Positions 10,201-17,942 of a stretch of DNA of 64,000 bases are shown here, piece after piece. Source of the DNA: an uncultured Armatimonadetes bacterium (GTDB taxonomy: Bacteria > Armatimonadota > Hebobacteria > Hebobacterales > Hebobacteraceae); assembly GCA_963716175.1 (NCBI GenBank), contig OY970296.1, positions 2,976,001-3,040,000 on the forward strand, in the 5' to 3' direction. Under the pieces are notes generated by a model. It did not search any database and had not been told where the DNA came from. It saw only the letters and a program-made list of their open reading frames with translations. The position numbers were made by a program, and so were the translations under genes. Numbering within the stretch: position 1 is the first letter of the stretch; each line of letters starts with the position of its first letter.

Positions 10201-13200
10201 ACGATGCGGAGAACCGGCAGATCCAGGTGGCCGACCCTCTCGGTAACATCGCGACCACCGTCTACTACCTCAACGGCTGGGTGTCGGTGCAGGTGGATCC
10301 GCTGGGTGTTCGCACCAGCTACGGGTATGACCCTGCCGGCCACCTGTGGGTAGTGCGGGACGCGCACGACGGGCGCACCACTTACAGCTACGATGACGCG
10401 GGAAGGATGACGGCCGTTACGAACGCGCTGCTGCAGACCACCAGCTACGACTACGACCGAGTGGGGCGGCGCATCGCCATCATTGATCCCAAGATGCAGC
10501 GCACTACCTTCGTGTATGACGCCGCGGGCCAGCTCACGGCTCAAGGCAATCCCCTGCACCAGACCACCAGCTATGAGTACGACGAGGCAGGGCGGCGCAC
10601 CGCGGTGGCGGACGCTCTGGGTAAGCGGACCACGTTTGTCTACGACGCCGGGGGGCGGATGACGGCGACGGTGAATCCGCTCTTGCAGACCACCAGCTAC
10701 GACTACGACGAGGCGGGCAATCGCACCGGGGTGCAGGACCCCAACACAAACCGGACCACCTTCGCCTACGATGCGCTGGGGCGGCTGACGGCGCAGGGCA
10801 ACGCGCTGCATCAGACCACGAGCTACGAGTACGATGAGGCGGGGCGGCGCACCGCGGTGGTGGACGCCAAGGGCCATCGCACCAGCTTTGGCTACGACGA
10901 CGCCGGGCAGCTGACCGCCCAGGGCAATGCGCTCCACCAGACGGTGAGCTACGACTACTATGAGAATGGCTGGCTGCGCAGCCGGCTGGATGCCAAGGGC
11001 CAGCGGACCACGTATGTCTACGACGAAGCGGGCCGGCAGACGCAGGTGCGGTATTCGGACAGCAGTCGGGTAACCTATACCTATGATGAGCTGGGGAACC
11101 GGACCCAGATGGAGGATGCGACCGGGGCCACGGCCTACAGCTATGACCTGCTCAACCGGCCGGTGTCGGTGATCTACTCCGGGAACAAGACCATCGCTTA
11201 CGATTACGACGAGCTGGGCAATCGCAAGACCATGACCGACAACGATGGCGATGTGACCACCTACTCCTATGACCCGGCGAACCGGATGGAGTGGCTGAAG
11301 AACCAGGCGAATGAGGTGAGCAGCTGGCTCTATGATGCGGTGGGCCGGCCGACGACCATGATCTACGGCAACGGCGCCTACGCCGAGACCGACTATGATG
11401 ACTCGGGGCGGCTCACCGCGGTGCGCAACCGCAAGTCGGATGGCACGGTGCTCTCGATCTTCACCTACACCTACGACAAGGCCGGCAACCGCACCCAGGT
11501 GGAGGAAGCCGACGGGAGCATTGTCACCTGGGTCTATGACGACGCTTACCAGCTCAAAGAGGAGGCGCGTGCAGGACAGAGCCCGTACATTCTGCAGTAC
11601 AGCTACGACGAGGTGGGCAACCGGCTGACCGAGTTCAACGGGGCGGTGACGGTCAGCTATACTTACGATGAGGGAGATGAGCTCACCCTGGAGGAGGACC
11701 TGTCGGGTTTCACCACCTACAGCTATGACCAGAATGGCAACCTGGAGATCGTGAACGAGGGAGGCGAGTTGACCACTTACTCCTGGGACCTGGAGAACCG
11801 GATGACCGAGGCGCAGTTGTCCGGGGGTGGGGTCAACACCATGAGCTACTACGGGGATGGGAAGCGGCGCAGCTACGGCGATGCGACCATGGTGCGCATC
11901 TTCCTGTGGGATGGGGAGAACATCGTGCGTCAGACCGATGCCGGTGGCAATACCGACCGCCACTACACCTTCAAGCCTGTAGGGTTTGGGGAGCTGATCT
12001 CGCAGGATGACAGCTTCCACCATTATGATGGGCTGGGCTCGACCGATCGCATCACGAATGCCAGCCAGGTGCAGCAGGTGCACTATCGCTACCGCGCGTT
12101 TGGGGAGCCGACCATCTTCTACGACACCGAGATTCCCACCCCGAACCGCTTTCTGTGGGGAGGCAAGCTGGGCTACTATCACCAGCCGGACCTGGGCAAC
12201 TTCTGGCTGCGGGCGCGGGAATATGACCCTCTCACCGGCCGCTTCCTGAGCCGGGATCCCGCAATGGCGGAAATCAACCGCTTCCGGTGGCCGGGCAATA
12301 ACCCGATCATGATCGTGGACCCGTCTGGGATGCAGGGCTGCTCGGGCCAGGGAGGGCAGGGCTGCGGCCAGCAGCGGCGAGGGGGAGAAGGCCTGCTGGT
12401 GGCGGCCACTGGTGGAGGCGGCGGTGGCACTGGCGGAGGCATGAGAGGTGGAGGTGGGACGGGCGGTGGAGCCACGGGAGGCGGCCAGGGCGGCATGGGG
12501 GGAGGCGGAGGTCGCTGGCGGTACGTGGCGGACTGCGGGGGCGGGTGGACCTGCGTATGTCTGGGACCCAGGCCAAGCGCCGGGCCGGGGGCTCCGGCGG
12601 GCCGGCGGATTGAGGTCTGGGCCGACCCGAAGAGCTGCGACTGCGAGAAGCCTGGCGACCCCTGCACCTGCCAGATGCACCGGCGCGCCTGGCAGGACAG
12701 CCAGTTGCTGGCAGACGGCCAGTGGGAGGTCGGGGGCGAGTGCCGGAAGGCCGGGGGTGCTGGTGGCGGGGGAGGCGGAGGCGCAGGAGGGGGTGGGGGT
12801 CAGGGCGGAGAGGGAAAGGACAAGGGTTATATACTGTTCTGGTGGGGATATCATGTGGCAATGCCTAGTCTCCTCCCGAAGATAAACAATGCCATCCAGC
12901 GGCTGCGCGCAGCCGGTTACAACGCTCAGTATATTGGCCACAGCCGGGAGCAGCTGCGAGCTGCGAATACCCACCCCAGGCTCGCGGGTCTGTGGGCTGG
13001 CTCCCACGGGGGCTGCCTGTCGGAGGCAAGGGGGGACGAGTGCTATCTTGAGCCTTCGCCCGTGGGCTCTCTGGCGTACTTCGTTACTGGACCCAGAGGC
13101 GGTCCCTACAAGAACGACTGGATGCCGGTTCACCCGAGCGCCAAACCTGTCTTCAAGGCCCTGTACGCCTACCACTGTCTGGGAGCGCGAGACCTGGCAG

Positions 13201-13361
13201 ATGTCCCAGCCATCCGCGAGTGGTATGCAACCCGTATAGGTGAGCCGGTCCAGAAGATCCACCTTTGTGACTTCTGGATCACGCCGCCGGGGGTTTCCCC
13301 AAACGGGAGCTGCTACGCGTACGAGGAGGGGGTTGAGCAGTTTGTGCGGGAGTTCATCTGA
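7266..13361 (+). CDS. Rhs protein: N-terminal non-Rhs domains (BNR/Asp-box beta-propeller and beta-sandwich), YD repeats, Rhs core, Gly/Cys-rich linker and C-terminal toxin domain
   Basis: Asp-boxes SSDGGQNW and SSDGGANW; YD repeats from ~9495; core RAREYDPLTGRFLSRDP and NPIMIVDPSG (~12300-12329). Confidence 0.9.
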   Translation: MGRHQIAGLISGVAEKAVEAGDLVKIAGGGLRHLLRKGDGEGVLVSRRDGLAWVERETVQLERQTGSGRNRKWQAVGGHRGARAEGGRSVREMGDGAADAESWYESRPEAPLKVRFRITAKQKGSYRLRWSLQGMRGEETAGALSSGLRYVDGGQAFEVDWSDVVRKLGEVAVVERPSGGGVEVVFGPFALEAGEQIELDPTLVEQAIQLFPYSLEGVPANGRHLARTSDGTLYVVYTKTVTQDSGYGTKVYVAKSSDGGQNWEGEHVVSGGDLGPTDGAIACDGDDNLHVVYQGWDGSVAQIYYTASSDGGANWSSPQKIANWPTYAQARPAVAVDGSDGLHVVWHGPSSDFPTKAQIWYSKLVSDYWQTPERLSTRAGMNNYDQAFAALAIDSSDYLHVVWLGKADNYSTVDRIWYSKYTTVWSLDTTPATDGFTAVYESGYWKKRCPSLVVDEDRNAHLVWHGLAEEYSADGQEQIWYRKRTTSWQAAKPLRIPCWPGMVGLFPSIGIDGQGRLHVLFNGGMGGDSKVYHSEYDQGEWIVPVGETVEGQGRRPTVRWAGHWHNGDNLDWLWLGGMTVAYGVGADNEDVTSANRKSQSFKAPESRPISLIRLLLKKNAGGDPNRTVTVEMYDADANGKPTGTLRASATAPLTGASYTDTDFTFAPNAFTLTGGNSYCIVIYPDAGTIQWQVDAGGGYADGVFSHYDAGSSQWVVDSPAKDARFFMVPYLDLCFDFEEIDGASDYQYDPLGEVTAETDALGNTTYYYYDANGNLTAQVDPRGKTTSFDYDPEGRLTKVTDPLQAVTTYHYDLLGRQDGMVDAEGGITSYYYDEAGQRTAVSDPRQYLTYFYYDAANQQTAVEDPQHHFTYFEYTNQGLVRTVRDPLGYTTTYDYDPVGNRTGVTDPRGNRSTYVYDSLNRVTAEVNALLQTSSYEYDRADNRTGLIDPRSKRTTYVYDEAGRMTAEISPVLQTTSYDYDAENRQIQVADPLGNIATTVYYLNGWVSVQVDPLGVRTSYGYDPAGHLWVVRDAHDGRTTYSYDDAGRMTAVTNALLQTTSYDYDRVGRRIAIIDPKMQRTTFVYDAAGQLTAQGNPLHQTTSYEYDEAGRRTAVADALGKRTTFVYDAGGRMTATVNPLLQTTSYDYDEAGNRTGVQDPNTNRTTFAYDALGRLTAQGNALHQTTSYEYDEAGRRTAVVDAKGHRTSFGYDDAGQLTAQGNALHQTVSYDYYENGWLRSRLDAKGQRTTYVYDEAGRQTQVRYSDSSRVTYTYDELGNRTQMEDATGATAYSYDLLNRPVSVIYSGNKTIAYDYDELGNRKTMTDNDGDVTTYSYDPANRMEWLKNQANEVSSWLYDAVGRPTTMIYGNGAYAETDYDDSGRLTAVRNRKSDGTVLSIFTYTYDKAGNRTQVEEADGSIVTWVYDDAYQLKEEARAGQSPYILQYSYDEVGNRLTEFNGAVTVSYTYDEGDELTLEEDLSGFTTYSYDQNGNLEIVNEGGELTTYSWDLENRMTEAQLSGGGVNTMSYYGDGKRRSYGDATMVRIFLWDGENIVRQTDAGGNTDRHYTFKPVGFGELISQDDSFHHYDGLGSTDRITNASQVQQVHYRYRAFGEPTIFYDTEIPTPNRFLWGGKLGYYHQPDLGNFWLRAREYDPLTGRFLSRDPAMAEINRFRWPGNNPIMIVDPSGMQGCSGQGGQGCGQQRRGGEGLLVAATGGGGGGTGGGMRGGGGTGGGATGGGQGGMGGGGGRWRYVADCGGGWTCVCLGPRPSAGPGAPAGRRIEVWADPKSCDCEKPGDPCTCQMHRRAWQDSQLLADGQWEVGGECRKAGGAGGGGGGGAGGGGGQGGEGKDKGYILFWWGYHVAMPSLLPKINNAIQRLRAAGYNAQYIGHSREQLRAANTHPRLAGLWAGSHGGCLSEARGDECYLEPSPVGSLAYFVTGPRGGPYKNDWMPVHPSAKPVFKALYAYHCLGARDLADVPAIREWYATRIGEPVQKIHLCDFWITPPGVSPNGSCYAYEEGVEQFVREFI
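10040..11030 (+). repeat. 126-bp periodic tandem repeats inside rhs
   Basis: CAGACCACCAGCTA(C/T)GA-like motif recurs at about 10055, 10181, 10433, 10559, 10685, 10811 and 10937, i.e. multiples of 126 nt. Confidence 0.75.
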
Positions 13362-13430
13362 CCACGGCTCTGCCATGCGCTGCCTTCAGCCGTGTACGGC
13401 CCGATGGTCTGAGTGAGAGGAGGCAGACAG

Positions 13431-14447
13431 GTGGGTAGGAAGACCTGGAGATCGGTGAGGCGCGCGCCCGTGCTCCCGGTGTGCGCCGTGTGTGTTGCGC
13501 TCCTCGTCGTGCTGGCGTCGTGCCAGAGCACCGAGAAGAAGGAGCGCGCGCGCTTAACCCATGCTGGCCTCGTCATCGGGATAGAGCTGGTGCGGGAGAA
13601 CGTTGATCTTGACAGCCTGTCGGGTCTCAACGCGAAGGCCTCCGTCCCCAAGGGGATCCTATCCGCTGAGTACGAGATCTTACAGGCGGTTCGGGGGCGC
13701 GAGTACGGCGCTGTTGTCGCGGAGCGGCGCAACGGACAACGGCCGGCAGTGGGGGTCTGGCTCTTTGATCCCACATGGCGACGCATCGGGCAGGTCAAGG
13801 GATTGCCGCTTGGCGAGCGCAACGGCAGTGTCTTGTTAGCATGGGATCGGGCTGGGCGCCGACTTGGTGTCCTGCTGTGGGTCCCTTCCGTGAGGGTGCC
13901 GAGCATGTCCGCGACGGTGTTGGGTCTCGTCGAGCTGCCACGCCTGGCGTTCACGCAGATCCTTATCCTAGATCGGGCTACCTGGCCCCAGATGGTTTGG
14001 GCGGGCAACACGATTCTCGTGTCGTGTAGCATCGACAATCAGAATCTGGTCCTGCGGGTCGACCCGGCCACCGGACACATGCAACGGCTGTATGCCGAAG
14101 ATAGACACCTTCCCCGGCTCAGTGCGATTCAGGATGTGAAGCTATCACCTGATGGCCGCTACCTCGCTTTCAGCGTACTGGATCTCACACCTAGAGGACC
14201 CGCCCAGATGGGCATTTATCTGCTGGATCTCGCAGCAGGCAAGCGGGTGCGGCTGACCTCCGAGGCAGGTGCCAGTTCCTATGTGCACAATGTCGTGCGC
14301 TGGGAGGATGACGCTCGGCTCTTGTTCGTCCGCAAGATAAACCCCAGTCGGTGGGACCTGTACCGTGCCGTGCTGGCGCTGCCGCGGGGCCATGATACTG
14401 CACTCAGGCCAGCCTTGCTCTTGGTTGTTCCCGGGCTTTCTGTGTGA
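13431..14447 (+). CDS. lipoprotein with TolB-like beta-propeller; candidate Rhs immunity protein
   Basis: AGGAGG RBS and GTG start; lipobox-like VVLAS-C; LSPDGRYLAF repeat; lies directly after the Rhs C-terminus. Confidence 0.7.
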   Translation: MGRKTWRSVRRAPVLPVCAVCVALLVVLASCQSTEKKERARLTHAGLVIGIELVRENVDLDSLSGLNAKASVPKGILSAEYEILQAVRGREYGAVVAERRNGQRPAVGVWLFDPTWRRIGQVKGLPLGERNGSVLLAWDRAGRRLGVLLWVPSVRVPSMSATVLGLVELPRLAFTQILILDRATWPQMVWAGNTILVSCSIDNQNLVLRVDPATGHMQRLYAEDRHLPRLSAIQDVKLSPDGRYLAFSVLDLTPRGPAQMGIYLLDLAAGKRVRLTSEAGASSYVHNVVRWEDDARLLFVRKINPSRWDLYRAVLALPRGHDTALRPALLLVVPGLSV

Positions 14448-14571
14448 GTTCCCCGCGGGGTGAGAGCGCAGAAAGAGGATGGGCCTGAAGTTCGCCGACG
14501 CAACGGTCAGGCAAGACGGGCTCGGCGCGGAGCGGACAGCCAGGGATCCTATGGCCCACGCTTGCCGCGGG

Positions 14572-14770
14572 AATGGCAACACGCAGATCATCAACGTCGC
14601 GGGTGGCTTGACCACCTACTCCTGGGATGTCGAGAACCGGATGACCCAGGCGTAGCTTTCCGGGGGTGGGATCAACACCATGAGCTACTACGGGGATGGG
14701 AAGCGGCGGCGCTATCACGACAGCGTTCAGGCCCGCATCTTCCTGTGGGAGGGGGAGAACATCGTCTGTT
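14572..14770 (+). pseudogene. orphan rhs core fragment
   Basis: DNA similar to ~11733-11930. Translates NGNTQIINVAGGLTTYSWDVENRMTQA*LSGGGINTMSYYGDGKRR..IFLWEGENIV with an internal TAG. Confidence 0.85.
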
Positions 14771-14806
14771 CATGCTTGAGGGGGCCTCGACGAGGCGAGC
14801 AGACCG

Positions 14807-16690
14807 ATGGCGACGACGTTATTGACCGGGTCTAGACCTGCGATCCGGAGGTGTCCGGTAGACCCGCGAGCCATTGTTCCGGAGGTGCTGCGGGCCGTCG
14901 GGACTAGGATGCCAGAGAGCTACGAGACGGCAATCGGGGAGGTGCTTCTGGAGACGAACTGGGACACGGTGCGCTGGTTCTTCGAGCAGCGTGCGGTGCG
15001 AGGCAAGGTGGCCCACGATTATCCGATCCTTGTCGACGTTAGGCGCGTCCCCTTACGGCAGGTGGAGGCGGTCCTGGCTCAGGGATACCGGGAGAGGTCT
15101 GCCTATCCGCGGACTGTCCAGGTACAGGATGCAGCCTTCGTTGTCTCTCGGAACAGCATCGTCGGGTTCATTCCGGAGACCACCCACGTCGGGGGCGTGC
15201 TTCTGGAGTGGCTCTGGTATGCGCTTCCGATCTGCTGCGCTCCAGAGGGCTGGCAAGCCATCCATGCATCTGTGATTGGAACGGAGCAGGGGGCCCTGCT
15301 CATCTGCGGGGGCAGCGGTTCTGGGAAGACTACGGTCGTGCTGCATCTGCTGGAGACCGAGAGGGGCTCTCTCTTTTCGGAAGACGTCGCGTTAGTCAAC
15401 GCCGATCGGAGTGTGGTGCGAGCCTGGGACCAGTCCCTCCACCTCCACCCGCATCAAGTTCCGGCCGGCTTCGATCCAGGGCTGACTCTGGACTTCACCG
15501 GTAAGATCCGCTGGATGGGCTATGATGCGGCGAGGGAAATCGAGCATCCCATCTGGCGGGTGCTCTTCCTCTCGGACGAGCCCACCTGGCTAGGCCACAG
15601 CGGCGATGGCTTCGATAGCGAGTGGGTCCCCAAGTGTAACGCTGACGATTTCCTGGCCTCTCAGGCGGAGTATCTCGGGTATCGTCCGGATCCAGCATCT
15701 GTCCCAACCCGTCGCCCCCCCAGAGTCTTGCTCGTCAACCGAGACCCTGCCCGTCCCCCCACCGCCTGGGACGGGGGAGACATGACGAACGTCTACGGCT
15801 ACCGGGATGGGCTGCGCAAGGCGGGGTTGATCGCCCACTTCCAGCCGAGCTGGATCCATCAGGTGGATGGTTGGGATCTGGTCCACATTTTCCACGCTCA
15901 GTTCTCTTGGATTCACGAGATGGTTGCTGCTCTCCCGGCGTGGACGCCGCTGGTGGTGACCCCGATTACCCACGGGTACCCGGAGGTGGAAGAGCTGGCG
16001 CCTGTGATTCCGCGGGCCGAGAAGGTCCTCTGCTATTCACAGACGGAAATTGACTTCTACCGGGAGCGTTTCCCTGAACTGGGCGACGCGCGGTTCGGAA
16101 TCTCGCCCCAGGGAGTGCCGGTTTCACTCTATGACTTCGCCGAAACCGTGGATCCAGAACGGCGCATCTTCGTGGCGGCTCGCTACACAATGACGAAGAA
16201 CCAGGCAGCTATACTCCGGGCCTGCATGCACCTCGATGTTCCAGTCACATTCGCCGGACCGGACAACGCGGCCGACTCGGCCCAGATCCTGGCCCGCCTG
16301 CATGAGATCGCGGGTGACTGGAAGGGTGCCACCTTCCTGCCGATGCTGCGGGGGGCGGATCTCTGGCGTGAGTACCGGCGGGCCTGGGTGCACGCGAATG
16401 CCTCTGGTTTCGAGCCTTTCGGTCTGAACTCGCTGGAGGCACTCGCCTCGGGATGCAACATCGTGCACACGAGCAGTGGCTGGGGAGTCGAGCAGTTCCG
16501 GAGCCACGGGAGCCTGTGCTCTCCTCACGACCTGGATTCCATCATCGGCGCACTGGAGACGGAGTTGAACAGGCCCAGGGGATGGCACCGCTGCCGCCCC
16601 CAGACCTGGGATGAAGCGTCTTTCGGACTGCTCACAATCTACCAGGAGGTACGAGATGACTGCCAACGTGTTCCAACGCAGCGAGCATGA
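14807..16690 (+). CDS. HPr-kinase-related P-loop kinase fused to a GT4 glycosyltransferase
   Basis: AIHASVI..ALLICGGSGSGKTT..FSEDVALV (HprK-related motifs). C-terminal half GGDM..WDLVHIFH..EPFGLNSLEALASG. Confidence 0.8.
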   Translation: MATTLLTGSRPAIRRCPVDPRAIVPEVLRAVGTRMPESYETAIGEVLLETNWDTVRWFFEQRAVRGKVAHDYPILVDVRRVPLRQVEAVLAQGYRERSAYPRTVQVQDAAFVVSRNSIVGFIPETTHVGGVLLEWLWYALPICCAPEGWQAIHASVIGTEQGALLICGGSGSGKTTVVLHLLETERGSLFSEDVALVNADRSVVRAWDQSLHLHPHQVPAGFDPGLTLDFTGKIRWMGYDAAREIEHPIWRVLFLSDEPTWLGHSGDGFDSEWVPKCNADDFLASQAEYLGYRPDPASVPTRRPPRVLLVNRDPARPPTAWDGGDMTNVYGYRDGLRKAGLIAHFQPSWIHQVDGWDLVHIFHAQFSWIHEMVAALPAWTPLVVTPITHGYPEVEELAPVIPRAEKVLCYSQTEIDFYRERFPELGDARFGISPQGVPVSLYDFAETVDPERRIFVAARYTMTKNQAAILRACMHLDVPVTFAGPDNAADSAQILARLHEIAGDWKGATFLPMLRGADLWREYRRAWVHANASGFEPFGLNSLEALASGCNIVHTSSGWGVEQFRSHGSLCSPHDLDSIIGALETELNRPRGWHRCRPQTWDEASFGLLTIYQEVRDDCQRVPTQRA

Positions 16691-17861
16691 GTTCCTGCGC
16701 GTGATGGCCCTGACTGGCGCCTCCTTCTCGTCACTGCTGCAAGCAGCAGAGCGAGTGGAGGACTGGACGTACGTAGAGCAAACGGCTGGCAAGCACCAGC
16801 TGCCGGGAGTGTTTCAGCACCGGCTAGCGACGATGCCAGAATGGTACACGCCCTCTGCCGATGTTAGGGAGTGGCTTGAGGAGAACGGGAGGATCTGGAA
16901 AGAGGCCGTAACTCCGATCCTCCAGGCTCTGGAGGAGGCGGGCGTGCCCTACGTCTTTCCGGGTACTCTGCCCACGTTCGGGCTTTATCAGGAAATGGAA
17001 GGGTGGCCGAAGTGGTCCGATGACCTGGACATCGCAGTTCCGTCCTCTCGCTATGAAGACACGGAGAGGGTGCTGGGCCTCGGGCTCTCTCCCTTCTCGC
17101 CGCGCGCTCCCTACCTGAGCACTGGGCCCGCGACCGATCATCCATTTCCCTATTTCGTGCAAGTGCTCACCTATCCCCGTTCGCACGATCTGGTCACGTC
17201 CGACGCATTCTACGGGGATGGCCTGATGTACGCGCGTATCCAGCACGTCGTGACGAGCGGCATTAGTATGCCCGTACCCCATGCCGAGGCGTGGTTGGTC
17301 ATGCACGCGGCCTGTCAGTACAGCGGGCTGCAATGGCCTGGGGCCCCTGTTCCGCTGGGGTTGTTTGCCCGTCTCTGCAACATCGCCTCTTCTGCTGCGA
17401 GCTTCGACTGGGCCGCGGTCGCGTCAGTGATCAGACACTTCGCCGAACTAAGCGAGCGGCGGATACAGTTGGGGCGCGACTCAGGGCTCGCGTTACCGCC
17501 GGAGGAGCAGCCCGAAGTGGTCCGGCGGACCTGTGTATCGCGGCAAGTCCCCTGGCTGCTGAGGCTGGCTGATCGGGTCTATTCGTTCGTGCCGGACGCA
17601 TTCTGGGAAGAACTCGGACCCACGGAGCCTCCCCTGGCTCTGGCCCTTGTCGGAGAAGACCACGGCCCCGCTCCGGGATGGGCTACCTATTGCGAATGGG
17701 CGGAGATACCGGACATCGAGCGATTGCTGTTCGAGCAGTACGACGAGACTGGCATAGAGAGACGCCTGGCCGCCGGAATCTGGAGGCCCTATGCAGAGAC
17801 CATCCGCCTGCCGATCAACGAGCCGGACTGGTATGAGACGCACCTTGTTCCGACGTCGTAG
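16656..17861 (+). CDS. putative nucleotidyltransferase (NTP_transf_5-like)
   Basis: AGGAGGT RBS; DW..V...A..HQLPG N-terminal motif; ALEEAGVPY and SDDLDIAV (DxD). Confidence 0.65.
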   Translation: MTANVFQRSEHEFLRVMALTGASFSSLLQAAERVEDWTYVEQTAGKHQLPGVFQHRLATMPEWYTPSADVREWLEENGRIWKEAVTPILQALEEAGVPYVFPGTLPTFGLYQEMEGWPKWSDDLDIAVPSSRYEDTERVLGLGLSPFSPRAPYLSTGPATDHPFPYFVQVLTYPRSHDLVTSDAFYGDGLMYARIQHVVTSGISMPVPHAEAWLVMHAACQYSGLQWPGAPVPLGLFARLCNIASSAASFDWAAVASVIRHFAELSERRIQLGRDSGLALPPEEQPEVVRRTCVSRQVPWLLRLADRVYSFVPDAFWEELGPTEPPLALALVGEDHGPAPGWATYCEWAEIPDIERLLFEQYDETGIERRLAAGIWRPYAETIRLPINEPDWYETHLVPTS

Positions 17862-17942
17862 GAGTCGAATCTACCTGGCTGGACGTGCCTCCGGAGGCTC
17901 TCTCGCCATGGCGGCCAGCGCGCTTGCCATAAGGCCTGGGCC

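Noticed and set aside
8391-13376. 1661-aa antisense ORF
   Set aside because: Shadow of the GC-rich rhs gene; no motifs.
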